Below, piece after piece: positions 9,601 through 16,729 of a stretch of 38,974 nucleotides of DNA. Source of the DNA: an uncultured Candidatus Saccharibacteria bacterium. Its GTDB lineage: Bacteria; Patescibacteriota; Minisyncoccia; Phycocordibacterales; UBA1539. The stretch is from assembly GCA_964430255.1 (NCBI GenBank), contig CAYSEK010000001.1, positions 1 through 38,974 on the forward strand, written 5' to 3'. Positions within the stretch are counted from its first letter, which is position 1; each line of letters begins with the position of its first letter. The notes under the pieces were generated by a model. It had not been told where the DNA came from, did not search any database, and worked only from the letters and a program-made list of their open reading frames with translations. A program made the translations under genes and the position numbers.

Positions 9601-10294
9601 AAATATCATATATTGCTTCTGCTCCAATTCCGGCTTCAAATATTGTTCCAAATTTTATAGAAAATCTATGATAAGAAGACTCATCCAATACAGCACCTTC
9701 TTTTAGGTCAGATATGTCTTTCTTTGTTGCGACTAAAAGTTCTTTTAATTTTTCTTTTGATCTTTCGTCGCTTACAGCTTTCACTTTTGCTTTATATTCT
9801 GAATCAAGGTCTTTAAGAACTCTTGCTTTCTCGTCCTCATTTACTTTTGTAACGATATAACCGGCAAAATATATCACCTTTTCAAGATGCATTGCAGGAA
9901 CGCCCAAAAGAAGTCCTATCCTTGAGGGAATACCTCTCAAGAACCAGATGTGAGTTACAGGAGAAGCAAGCTCAATGTGTCCCATCCTCTCTCTTCTAAC
10001 GATAGAGCGTGTTATTTCTACGCCACATTTTTCACACACAATACCTTTATATCTAATTCTTTTGTATTTACCACAATAACATTCATAGTCTTTTTCTGGA
10101 CCAAATATTCTCTCGTCAAAAAGACCTCCACGTTCACTACGTTGAGTACGATAGTTGATTGTTTCAGGTTTTGTTACTTCCCCGGAAGACCACTCTTTTA
10201 TTTTTTCAGGTGAAGCAAGTTTGATTGATATTGAATCAAAATCTTCCACTCTGGGTTTTGTTCCATCTGGATTATTAGAAATTTTACTGGTCAT
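6626..10294 (-). CDS. rpoC: DNA-directed RNA polymerase subunit beta'
   Basis: 1222 aa. Zn-binding CYCGKYKRIRYKGIVCEKCGVE. Catalytic NADFDGDQM. Bridge-helix and trigger-loop regions recognisable. Confidence 0.97.
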   Translation of the reverse strand: MTSKISNNPDGTKPRVEDFDSISIKLASPEKIKEWSSGEVTKPETINYRTQRSERGGLFDERIFGPEKDYECYCGKYKRIRYKGIVCEKCGVEITRSIVRRERMGHIELASPVTHIWFLRGIPSRIGLLLGVPAMHLEKVIYFAGYIVTKVNEDEKARVLKDLDSEYKAKVKAVSDERSKEKLKELLVATKKDISDLKEGAVLDESSYHRFSIKFGTIFEAGIGAEAIYDIFKKLNLEKLLEELISKVDGASAVEKPKLKKRISLVKSLINSGVRPEWMFLTVIPITPPALRPMVALEGGRHATSDVNDLYRRVINRNNRLKKLKDIGAPEVILRNEKRILQEAVDSLIDNSIRRTQSTVMSQAQKRALKSLADSLKGKQGLFRQNLLGKRVDYSGRSVIVVGPTLKLNQCGLPKKMALELFRPFVISKILDRELAFNIRGAGKLIDEKEPEVWAILEEVIENKYVLLNRAPTLHRLGIQAFNPILIEGNAIQVHPLVCSAFNADFDGDQMAVHVPLSKEAQKEAGELMAANKNLLGPGNGEPIVNPSLDIVLGCYWMTKIIDGDKGEGKIFPSPNNAITAYDFDIVGFRTKIKVLPTDGPKYAEFEGKPFETTVGRLLFNSVLPSDFAYINGEINKKVLAGIVNDMIEYYGFDATPAILDKIKDFGYKYVTRSGITWALDEVSVPKEKKGIIAAAREKADEVSAQFGEGLLSEEERYRKTIEVWQGAKDEIEKVIPATLDPDGPVSDMLNSGARGSISQIVQMAGMKGLIVNTAGRTIDFPIIPSSKEGLSPIEYFVTTHGSRKGLADTALNTAKAGYLTRRLVDVAQDAIISEEDCKEKEGKRVTAENLVGFEIPISKNIRGRILSKDAVDSKGKVIFKKGALLHKKDAQEIEEAGVEEAYVRSPLTCKSSYGVCRTCYGLDTGRNKLIKLGEAVGIIAAQAIGEPGTQLTMRTFHAGGIASVGGDITQGLPRVEEVFERRIPKSAAIISSVDGEVIEIEDSPEGKKIVVLPDVGEGKSKKNEKIEHYVLPKRMSLVKVGDKIKKGDLLTDGSADIAEMFKYGGKDRAENYIINEINKIYELQGASIARKHIEVIIRQMFSRRKIKEIGDAKFAIGEVVEYAEFVKENKRVKDEGGEEAQADAVVLGISDVALTTKSWLSAASFENTTRILIDAAVKGKVDTLRGLKENVIIGRRIPAGTGFKGGKDESKDGEDEEKTEE

Positions 10295-10325
10295 AATATT
10301 TGATTGATTTTAAGTTATGAGTAAT

Positions 10326-13300
10326 TTATTTCTTGTCTTGTTTTATTAATTCAACATCAAGAGATAGACCTTTAAGATTGTGCATCAACACATTAAATGA
10401 TTCCGGCATGTGCATCTCTTTTATATCTTCACCTTTTACAATGGAATCAAAAGCATTAGATCTTCCAATAATGTCATCTGATTTTATTGTGAGCACTTCC
10501 CTTAGGATATTTGATGCACCATATCCCTCAAGCGCCCATACTTCCATCTCTCCAAATCTCTGTCCTCCACCTTGAGCTTTACCTCCGAGAGGTTGCTGAG
10601 TAATAAGTGAGTACGGACCGATTGATCGCATGTGTATCTTATCTTCAACCATGTGGTGAAGTTTCAATATATACATATACCCTACAGATACATCTTGTTC
10701 AAATGACTCACCTGTTCTACCGTCGTAGAGTTTCATTTTTCCATCTTCTCTAAATCCGGCTTTCTTTAATTCTTCTCTAACCTCAGGAACCGTCGCACCC
10801 ATGAATGCGGGTGTGATTGCTTGATAGTTAAGTTCATTCGCTGCAAGCCCTAAATGAAGCTCTAGTATCTGTCCGAGGTTCATACGTGAAGGAACACCAA
10901 GAGGTGTAAGTATCACATCCACTGGTTTTCCGTCTTTCATGTATGGCATATCCTCTTCGGGAAGAATCATTGAGATAACACCTTTATTACCGTGACGTCC
11001 TGCAAGCTTGTCACCAACTGATATGTTACGAAGTTGAGCAACTTCAATATGTATTCTTTTTATTATTCCACTGTCTAGCGCATCACCATTCTCTCTTGAA
11101 AATACTTTAACTCCAATAACACGCCCTTGTTTTCCATGAGGCATTCGCATTGACGTATCTTTTACATCACGGGCCTTCTCTCCAAAAATAGATCTCAGTA
11201 ACCTCTCTTCCGGAGTTAATTCCGCTTCACCCTTAGGTGTAATCTTTCCTACAAGAATGTCGCCAGGTCTGATTTCCGCGCCAATACGTATAATCCCATC
11301 TTCATCAAGATCCTTTAATTTTATCTCACCAATATTTGGTATGTCGTGCGTTGTGATTTCCGGCCCGAGCTTTGTATCGCGCACATTAATAACAAACTCA
11401 TCCATGTGAATACTATTGAAACGACTATCTTTAACAACTCTTTCAGAAATAATGATTGCATCCTCATAGTTTGCTCCACCCCATGCCATAAATGCAACAA
11501 GCATATTTTGCCCAAGTGCCATCTGTCCTCCATCAGAAGATGATGTATCTACAAGACAATCTCCTTTTTTCACTTTTTGCCCAAGTGAGGCCACTGCTCT
11601 CTGGTGAAAAACAGTAAATCCATTATTTCTTGAATAATTTACAAGTTTATGTTTATACTCTTTACCGTTTTTACCTTTCAAAACAACCTTCTTAGCATCA
11701 ATTACTATCACCTCGCCATCTTCTTCCGCAAGAATGACCCTCCTTGTGTCCCCTGCTGCAGATTGTTCCATACCTGTAGCAACAAGAGGTGCTTCAGGAA
11801 CGACTGAAGGAGTTGCTTGTTTTTGCATATTTGAACCCATGAGCGCCCTGTTTGCATCATTATGCTCAAGAAACGGTATCATTGACGTTGCGATAGAGAA
11901 TGCCTGATTTGGTGCCACGTCTATAAAGTCTACATCTTCTCTGTTTACAAGTGCGGGTTTTGTTTTTTCTCTAACCTCTACTCTATCTTCAGTAATATTA
12001 CCGTTCTCATCATAAGGAACAGAAGCGTGGGCTATATTGAAATTTTCTTCTTCTAAAGCATCCAGGTAAATAATTTCTCCTGTTATCTTTCCATTTTTAA
12101 CCTTTGCGTATGGAGTTTCGAGCATTCCCATGTCATTTACCCGAGCGTGAGTTGCAAACCTCAAAATAAGTCCGATATTTGGACCTTCAGGTGTATGAAT
12201 TGGACACAAACGTCCATAGTGAGAAGAGTGAACATCACGAACTTCAAGACCTGCTCGCTCTCGAGTAAGCCCGCCAGGACCCAACGCTGACACTGTTCTT
12301 AAACTTTCTATCTCTGCAAGAATATTGTATTGCATCATAAACTGAGATAATTGATTTGTCGCAAAAAACTCTTTTATTCGCGCCTGCAATGGTCTTGGAC
12401 TTATGAACTGCACAGGTAATACAGTATCAGCATCTATTGTTGACATTCTATCCTGTATATTCCTTTTTATTTGTGACATTCCAACCCTTATTTTTTGCTG
12501 AAGCATCTCACCAACTGGACGTATCCTCCTTGAACCAAGATGATCAATATCATCAGGCATAGCTCCGGGTGTAGCGTTCAATGTACAAATATTTAAAATA
12601 ATAGTCACTAGGTCATCTGCAGATATTGTTCTTTGCTCCAAAGCTTCCTTGCTTTTATCTTTATTAAATCTTTTATTGAATTTAAATCTTCCAACCTCGG
12701 ACAGATCGTATTTCTCGGGACTGAATATGCTGTTTATAAATTCTTTTGCATTCTCGGGAGTTGCGAGCTCTCCATCCCTTAAACGTTTGTGTATTTCTAT
12801 GTAAGAATCTTGAGCTGTTTCCGCGGGATCCTTTTCTAGTGTAATATCTATACATTCCTTCGCAGAGTCATTGCCTTTAAAGGCATTTCTTATCTCATCT
12901 TCTGTGGAGATTCCAAATGCGCGTAAAAGTGAAGTAACTGGGAATTTTCTTTTTTTATCAATTCTTACATATAGAGCCCCGTCAGCCTCTGACTCCAATT
13001 CAACCCATGCGCCACGTCCAGGGATTATCTTTGCTCCAAAATATCTTTTACCTTTCAATTCCTGTACTGTAAATGAAACGCCAAAAGAACGTGCTAGTTG
13101 TGGAACAACTACACGCTCAACGCCATTGATAATGAAAGTACCATGGTCGGTCATCACTGGAAAATCCGCCATGAATATCTCTTGCTCTTTACTTGTACCT
13201 AGCGTTTTATTATGAAGTTTTACTTTTGCACGGAGAGGTGCATCATATGTAAGTTTATTTTCTTTTGCGTACTGTTCGTCGTATTTTGGCTTAGAAAGCT

Positions 13301-13484
13301 CTATGCTCGTAAACGCTATCTCAAACTTTTTGTCTGAATAATCGCTTATTGGAGAAAACTCTTTAAATGTCTCTTTTAACCTTTCTTCTACGAGTAATTT
13401 GTACGACTTTAACTGTGTATCTACGAAATTTGGGAAATCCACAAGTGGTTTCTTGTACCTTGAAAAATATTTTTTTTCTCTCAT
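10326..13484 (-). CDS. rpoB: DNA-directed RNA polymerase subunit beta (compact form)
   Basis: 1052 aa. Motifs SNMQKQATP, GRHGNKGV, RFGEMEVWALE. 31-nt gap to rpoC. Confidence 0.97.
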   Translation of the reverse strand: MREKKYFSRYKKPLVDFPNFVDTQLKSYKLLVEERLKETFKEFSPISDYSDKKFEIAFTSIELSKPKYDEQYAKENKLTYDAPLRAKVKLHNKTLGTSKEQEIFMADFPVMTDHGTFIINGVERVVVPQLARSFGVSFTVQELKGKRYFGAKIIPGRGAWVELESEADGALYVRIDKKRKFPVTSLLRAFGISTEDEIRNAFKGNDSAKECIDITLEKDPAETAQDSYIEIHKRLRDGELATPENAKEFINSIFSPEKYDLSEVGRFKFNKRFNKDKSKEALEQRTISADDLVTIILNICTLNATPGAMPDDIDHLGSRRIRPVGEMLQQKIRVGMSQIKRNIQDRMSTIDADTVLPVQFISPRPLQARIKEFFATNQLSQFMMQYNILAEIESLRTVSALGPGGLTRERAGLEVRDVHSSHYGRLCPIHTPEGPNIGLILRFATHARVNDMGMLETPYAKVKNGKITGEIIYLDALEEENFNIAHASVPYDENGNITEDRVEVREKTKPALVNREDVDFIDVAPNQAFSIATSMIPFLEHNDANRALMGSNMQKQATPSVVPEAPLVATGMEQSAAGDTRRVILAEEDGEVIVIDAKKVVLKGKNGKEYKHKLVNYSRNNGFTVFHQRAVASLGQKVKKGDCLVDTSSSDGGQMALGQNMLVAFMAWGGANYEDAIIISERVVKDSRFNSIHMDEFVINVRDTKLGPEITTHDIPNIGEIKLKDLDEDGIIRIGAEIRPGDILVGKITPKGEAELTPEERLLRSIFGEKARDVKDTSMRMPHGKQGRVIGVKVFSRENGDALDSGIIKRIHIEVAQLRNISVGDKLAGRHGNKGVISMILPEEDMPYMKDGKPVDVILTPLGVPSRMNLGQILELHLGLAANELNYQAITPAFMGATVPEVREELKKAGFREDGKMKLYDGRTGESFEQDVSVGYMYILKLHHMVEDKIHMRSIGPYSLITQQPLGGKAQGGGQRFGEMEVWALEGYGASNILREVLTIKSDDIIGRSNAFDSIVKGEDIKEMHMPESFNVLMHNLKGLSLDVELIKQDKK

Positions 13485-13642
13485 ATATAAAGCAAAAAAC
13501 AGGGTAAACGTACCCTTTATTAATTAGTATGTATAAAACTAGCTAGTAATAAATTTATTTAGCAAAATAGCTAGGACTGTTATTAAACTTCTTTAAAACG
13601 AGGAGAATCACCATTAACTCAATCTTTCAAGCATTGACAACG

Positions 13643-13670
13643 ATTATACTCATAATGAATCTTTTGTCAA
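13643..13670 (-). promoter_or_regulatory. Consensus sigma-70 promoter upstream of rpoB
   Basis: Minus strand reads TTGACA - 16 nt - TATAAT (ttgacaaaagattcattatgagtataat), about 150 nt upstream of the rpoB ATG. Confidence 0.65.
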
Positions 13671-13715
13671 TTATCCCAAATACAATATTGGGGATAACTT
13701 GTACTTATTAAATAT

Positions 13716-14510
13716 TCAGAAAAACAAAGACCCTATCATCAATAAACCAAATATCAAAACAAAATATGCAAAATTAACTTTCTTCGCAACCTTAAACAAA
13801 ACATGTATAGTCGCCACTCCAAAAATAAACGAGAAAAAGAAACCAAAAAGATTTTCAGACGTCAGATTAAAATCTTTAATATTTAAAAGAACATTCCCTG
13901 CCAACACTATTGGTATGCTCATAAGGAAACTGAGTTTCAAAGCATACTCTTCATCAAACTTCCTCAAAAGCAAAGATGCAACAGTAAGTCCTGACCGAGA
14001 AAGCCCAGGAAGTGCGGCGAAACCCTGGACTACGCCCAACACGAGACCGTCAGACATTTTAATATCTTTAGATGTTCTAATAGAAGTTACTTTGCTTTTT
14101 TTAAACTGTAAGTACGCTGTTATAAGAAGGAGTACTCCTATTGTAAAATTCACAACATCAGATGAACCCCCTAAAGCATTCTCTGCTCCAGAAAGTGTTT
14201 TGAGTAATATTAAACCAAACACTCCACTTATCAATGTTGCGATAAAAAGAAAATTAAATATCTTTTTATTTTCTTCTGTAGCGCTTTTATAATTAAAAAG
14301 AGTTTTGAATATTTCCACTACATCTTTTCTAAAATATACAACAGCTGCCAAAGCAGTACCGAGATGCAAAAAAAGGGCAAATTTTATGATATCTTCAAGC
14401 CCTCCCCCGCCAAAAAAATTTACCTTAATCAAAACAATAACACCCTCCGAGCTTACAGGAAGCCATTCCACAATACCTTGAATTATTCCAAATATTATTC
14501 CCTCCAACAT
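13716..14510 (-). CDS. uppP: Undecaprenyl-diphosphate phosphatase (BacA/UppP)
   Basis: 264 aa polytopic membrane protein. N-terminal IIQGIVEWLPVSSEG and central ALPGLSRSG motifs typical of UppP. Confidence 0.9.
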   Translation of the reverse strand: MLEGIIFGIIQGIVEWLPVSSEGVIVLIKVNFFGGGGLEDIIKFALFLHLGTALAAVVYFRKDVVEIFKTLFNYKSATEENKKIFNFLFIATLISGVFGLILLKTLSGAENALGGSSDVVNFTIGVLLLITAYLQFKKSKVTSIRTSKDIKMSDGLVLGVVQGFAALPGLSRSGLTVASLLLRKFDEEYALKLSFLMSIPIVLAGNVLLNIKDFNLTSENLFGFFFSFIFGVATIHVLFKVAKKVNFAYFVLIFGLLMIGSLFF

Positions 14511-14517
14511 GCCATCT

Positions 14518-14547
14518 ATTATACATCATGCCACCCCTGCAGTACAA
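14518..14547 (-). promoter_or_regulatory. Promoter candidate for uppP, -10 only 7 nt from ATG
   Basis: Minus strand TTGTAC - 18 nt - TATAAT - agatggc - ATG. The -35 is weak and overlaps the preceding terminator's T-run. Confidence 0.35.
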
Positions 14548-14581
14548 AAAAACACTAGACGTCGGACGTCTAGTGTTTTTA
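14545..14581 (-). terminator. Intrinsic terminator after the first MazF gene
   Basis: Stem acactagacg / cgtctagtgt (14552-14576), loop tcgga, flanked by an A-run and a T-run. Starts at the stop codon. Confidence 0.7.
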
Positions 14582-14911
14582 TAATTTCAACATATTTTTT
14601 AAAATTATATTGATTTTCTTTTGCATCTCTCTGTTTATCCTTCCAACAACCTTTGTAATTCTTGTTTTGTCTACTGCCTTGATATGAAAAATCAGAATTG
14701 CTGATTCTTGTGCAAGATTGTTGTACTTGTCTGGTAAAATTGCCAAAACATAAGGAAACCTTAGTGCTTCAAGATTTGTAGTAAGAGGAATCACTACCGC
14801 AATATCTGTTTTTGTATTTGAAATTAAAACTGCCGGTCTTTCGCCATATTGCTCACGACCGGCACCTTCAGATAAATTTACAATACAAACATCCCCTTTC
14901 TTCATTTTCAT
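14579..14911 (-). CDS. mazF: MazF/PemK-family type II toxin (endoribonuclease), module 1
   Basis: 110 aa. KGDVCIVNL...GREQYGERPAVLIS and IPLTTN core typical of PemK/MazF. ATGA overlap with the upstream antitoxin ORF. Confidence 0.85.
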   Translation of the reverse strand: MKMKKGDVCIVNLSEGAGREQYGERPAVLISNTKTDIAVVIPLTTNLEALRFPYVLAILPDKYNNLAQESAILIFHIKAVDKTRITKVVGRINREMQKKINIILKNMLKL

Positions 14912-15114
14912 ATTCTTTTCTCAAACTCTAAAAGGTCTTTGTTGGATATTTTTTCCCACGCGTTAAGTTCTTTATTTAATTCTCGTTTACCCTGCAAAGA
15001 ACTAGCGTAATATAAAGTCGCATTGATCAAAAAATCTTCCTTTGAAATACCTATTTCACGAGAAGCGATGGATAGCTCTTTTTCTATTTTTTTGGGAATA
15101 GTTATTGTTGCCAT
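14908..15114 (-). CDS. Ribbon-helix-helix-like antitoxin, module 1
   Basis: 68 aa. N-terminal beta strand TITIPKKIEKEL followed by two helices. 4-nt overlap with the toxin gene. Confidence 0.7.
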   Translation of the reverse strand: MATITIPKKIEKELSIASREIGISKEDFLINATLYYASSLQGKRELNKELNAWEKISNKDLLEFEKRI

Positions 15115-15123
15115 AATATATTA

Positions 15124-15151
15124 AGTATAGTCTTAAGCCAAAAATTTGCAA
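15124..15151 (-). promoter_or_regulatory. Promoter of TA module 1
   Basis: Minus strand TTGCAA - 16 nt - TATACT, then 9 nt to the ATG. The -35 overlaps the left arm of the 18-bp hairpin. Confidence 0.5.
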
Positions 15152-15154
15152 AGA

Positions 15155-15247
15155 TAGTGGTCAACGTGGCAGGTTGACCACTATCTTTGCCTTCTCTCCA
15201 CTCCTCTATCTTCTTATAATTTCCTGAGAGGAGCACTTTGGGGACTA
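15155..15247. repeat. Distal copy of a ~90-bp diverged direct repeat (hairpin + trmD 3' end); partner 16029..16118
   Basis: Shared string tagtggtcaacgtggcaggttgaccactatct...tccactcctcta...cctgagag...gggact. In this copy the hairpin stem is extended to 18 perfect bp (15148-15190: gcaaagatagtggtcaac / gttgaccactatctttgc). Confidence 0.85.
15181..15246 (-). pseudogene. Orphan 3' fragment of trmD (about 20 codons)
   Basis: Hand translation VPKVLLSGNYKKIEEWREGK versus the intact TrmD C-terminus VPKVLLSGDHKKIEEWRKGR*. A 2-nt indel puts the stop out of frame. No upstream part is present. Confidence 0.8.
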
Positions 15248-15249
15248 CG

Positions 15250-15346
15250 AGCAAAACCCACCCTAAAAATGCAAGAATCCGCTGGGGGGGGGTGAACGAG
15301 GTCGAACCTCGTTCATTTTCTTGTACATTTTTTGGGGTCAGACCCC
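15250..15346 (+). mobile_element. Possible relic of an IS3-family right end (transposase C-terminus + terminal inverted repeat)
   Basis: The plus-strand frame reads ...RIRWGGVNEVEPRS..., resembling the ...LGGLSPVEYR... transposase tail. It is followed by tgtacattttttggggtcag, resembling IS150-group terminal repeats (..TTTTTGGGGTCAG..). This rests on recollection only and needs an ISfinder search. Confidence 0.3.
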
Positions 15347-15374
15347 TTTGTTTCAGTTTGTACGTTTCCGAGCC

Positions 15375-15716
15375 CTACGTCGTTAGTAAAACATCCCTAA
15401 GTCCATCAAATACTGATTTTAATTGCGAGGTAGAAATATTGCCGATTTTCTTCGTAAGCCTGTCCTGAGAAATCGTTCTAATTTGGAATGTTAAAATTTC
15501 TGAATCTTTTTTTAAACCATTATGTTTTGATTTTAAAAGCACAACACAGGCGGGATACTCTTTTACCTGTCCACTTATTGGACAGACAATACAAATAGGC
15601 ATATTGTCATTCATTGCTCCCGCGGAAATCACTACCACAGGTCTTTTGCCCGCTTGCTCAGACCCCTTCGATGGATTTAAATTAGCCCAGAAAATATCCT
15701 TTTGTTTTATTTTCAT
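15375..15716 (-). CDS. mazF: MazF/PemK-family type II toxin, module 2
   Basis: Start at internal ATG 15716 (MKIKQKDIFWANLNPSKGSEQAGKRPVVVIS...), 1 nt after the antitoxin stop. The longer ORF-track start (15806) would overlap the antitoxin gene. Confidence 0.85.
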   Translation of the reverse strand: MKIKQKDIFWANLNPSKGSEQAGKRPVVVISAGAMNDNMPICIVCPISGQVKEYPACVVLLKSKHNGLKKDSEILTFQIRTISQDRLTKKIGNISTSQLKSVFDGLRDVLLTT

Positions 15717-15717
15717 A

Positions 15718-15957
15718 TTATTTAACAATATCAGAGTAGTCATCCATCCCCCATTCTGCAAATTCCAATGTACCGCTATCAAGCGCAGCCCTTTTAAATC
15801 CATCACGCATTTGTTTTTGCTTCACTTCTTTTTTATACCGCAAAAGCGCATCCTCCAAAACCTCTCGGCGAGTACATTTTACCTTTTTTGCGTATGCGTT
15901 CACCCAATCAATAACCTCAGGTGAGATTGTGCTGGTAAATACTTGGGTTGTTTTCAT
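15718..15957 (-). CDS. Ribbon-helix-helix (CopG/Arc-like) antitoxin, module 2
   Basis: 79 aa. ISPEVIDWVNAYAKKVKCTRREVLEDALLRY fits the RHH beta-alpha-alpha pattern. Acidic C-terminal tail. Immediately upstream of the toxin. Confidence 0.75.
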   Translation of the reverse strand: MKTTQVFTSTISPEVIDWVNAYAKKVKCTRREVLEDALLRYKKEVKQKQMRDGFKRAALDSGTLEFAEWGMDDYSDIVK

Positions 15958-15968
15958 GATAAGTATAT

Positions 15969-15993
15969 TTTATATGTATAATTTATATGTATA
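15969..15993. promoter_or_regulatory. Operator-like 12-bp direct repeat in the TA module 2 leader
   Basis: tttatatgtata at 15969-15980 and 15982-15993, directly downstream of the -10 element. This is the typical position for RHH autorepression. Confidence 0.45.
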
Positions 15994-16020
15994 TAATACC
16001 CAAACACAAAACCATGTCAA
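15993..16020 (-). promoter_or_regulatory. Promoter of TA module 2
   Basis: Minus strand TTGACA - 16 nt - TATTAT (ttgacatggttttgtgtttgggtattat). Confidence 0.6.
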
Positions 16021-16028
16021 CCTTGGTT

Positions 16029-16118
16029 TAGTGGTCAACGTGGCAGGTTGACCACTATCTCCCCTTTCTCCACTCCTCTATTTTCTTATGGTCTCCTGAG
16101 AGAAGAACTTTTGGGACT
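16029..16118. repeat. Proximal copy of the trmD-end direct repeat (continuous with intact trmD)
   Basis: See 15155..15247. The hairpin gtggtcaac-gtggcag-gttgaccac (11-bp stem here) contains the trmD stop codon. Confidence 0.85.
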
Positions 16119-16690
16119 TTATAGTTTTTATTTTTGTACTTAACGACCTCTGGTCGTGTGTACATTTCAGAACTTGATATTCTTTTTTCTTCCAGTGATT
16201 CGCTATGCCCAAGCACTCCGGGAATCTGTCGCGATATTGCGTCCACCACAACCATCGCTGGCACTTCCCCTCCGGTAAGTACGTATGGACCGATAGATAA
16301 CTCCTCCGCCTTTAACACTTTTTTTACTCGCGCGTCTACCCCCTCATAACGTCCAGCTATTAAAATAATATCTTTATATTTTTTTGAAAGTGTCTCTGCG
16401 TAAATATTCGTAAACTGCTTACAGGAAGGTGAGAACATAATTATTTTTACGTTCTTCTTTCTCCCACGCGCTTTCGCAACTGCACGCAATATTGGGTCTG
16501 CCTGCATCACCATTCCCGGACCACCGCCGTATGGACTGTCGTCAACTTTTTTATGTTTATCTTTTGTAAAATCGCGAGGGTTGTAAAATTTTATATTTAT
16601 CAACTTTTTTTTCTGTGCCCGCAGAAGAATAGACTCGTCTGTGTACGAGCGAAACATTTCTGGGAAAATTGTAATAATATGGAATATCAT
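16055..16690 (-). CDS. trmD: tRNA (guanine37-N1)-methyltransferase
   Basis: 211 aa. Motifs DDSPYGGGPGMVM and IAGRYEGVDARV. C-terminal LLSGDHKKIEEWR. Confidence 0.95.
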   Translation of the reverse strand: MIFHIITIFPEMFRSYTDESILLRAQKKKLINIKFYNPRDFTKDKHKKVDDSPYGGGPGMVMQADPILRAVAKARGRKKNVKIIMFSPSCKQFTNIYAETLSKKYKDIILIAGRYEGVDARVKKVLKAEELSIGPYVLTGGEVPAMVVVDAISRQIPGVLGHSESLEEKRISSSEMYTRPEVVKYKNKNYKVPKVLLSGDHKKIEEWRKGR

Positions 16691-16729
16691 GATGCTAATT
16701 TAAATCTCTAGTATTAAAACTTACTCCTC

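Noticed and set aside
6558-13215. Several 65-161-aa plus-strand ORFs inside rpoC and rpoB (e.g. 6558-7043, 9243-9671, 12871-13215)
   Set aside because: All are antisense to unambiguous RNA polymerase subunit genes. They have low-complexity S/F/L-rich translations and no promoter or RBS signals.
13699-14292. 197-aa plus-strand ORF overlapping uppP
   Set aside because: It is antisense to a well-supported UppP gene with both family motifs. The translation is K/N/S-rich with no domain signature.
15238-15468. 76-aa plus-strand ORF across the cassette junction
   Set aside because: It runs from the trmD fragment through the putative IS relic into the antisense of mazF. It is better explained as decayed mobile-element sequence than as a gene.
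15717-15806. Longer start (15806) for MazF module 2, and similar long starts at 21055 (bPH_2 gene), 34868 (231-aa gene, TTG) and 17931
   Set aside because: The extensions overlap the upstream gene or lack family similarity. Internal ATGs give canonical N-termini (MKIKQKDIFWANL, MIKLDKDEKII, MKKNIIVFIL, MHLKYIII) and better initiation context.
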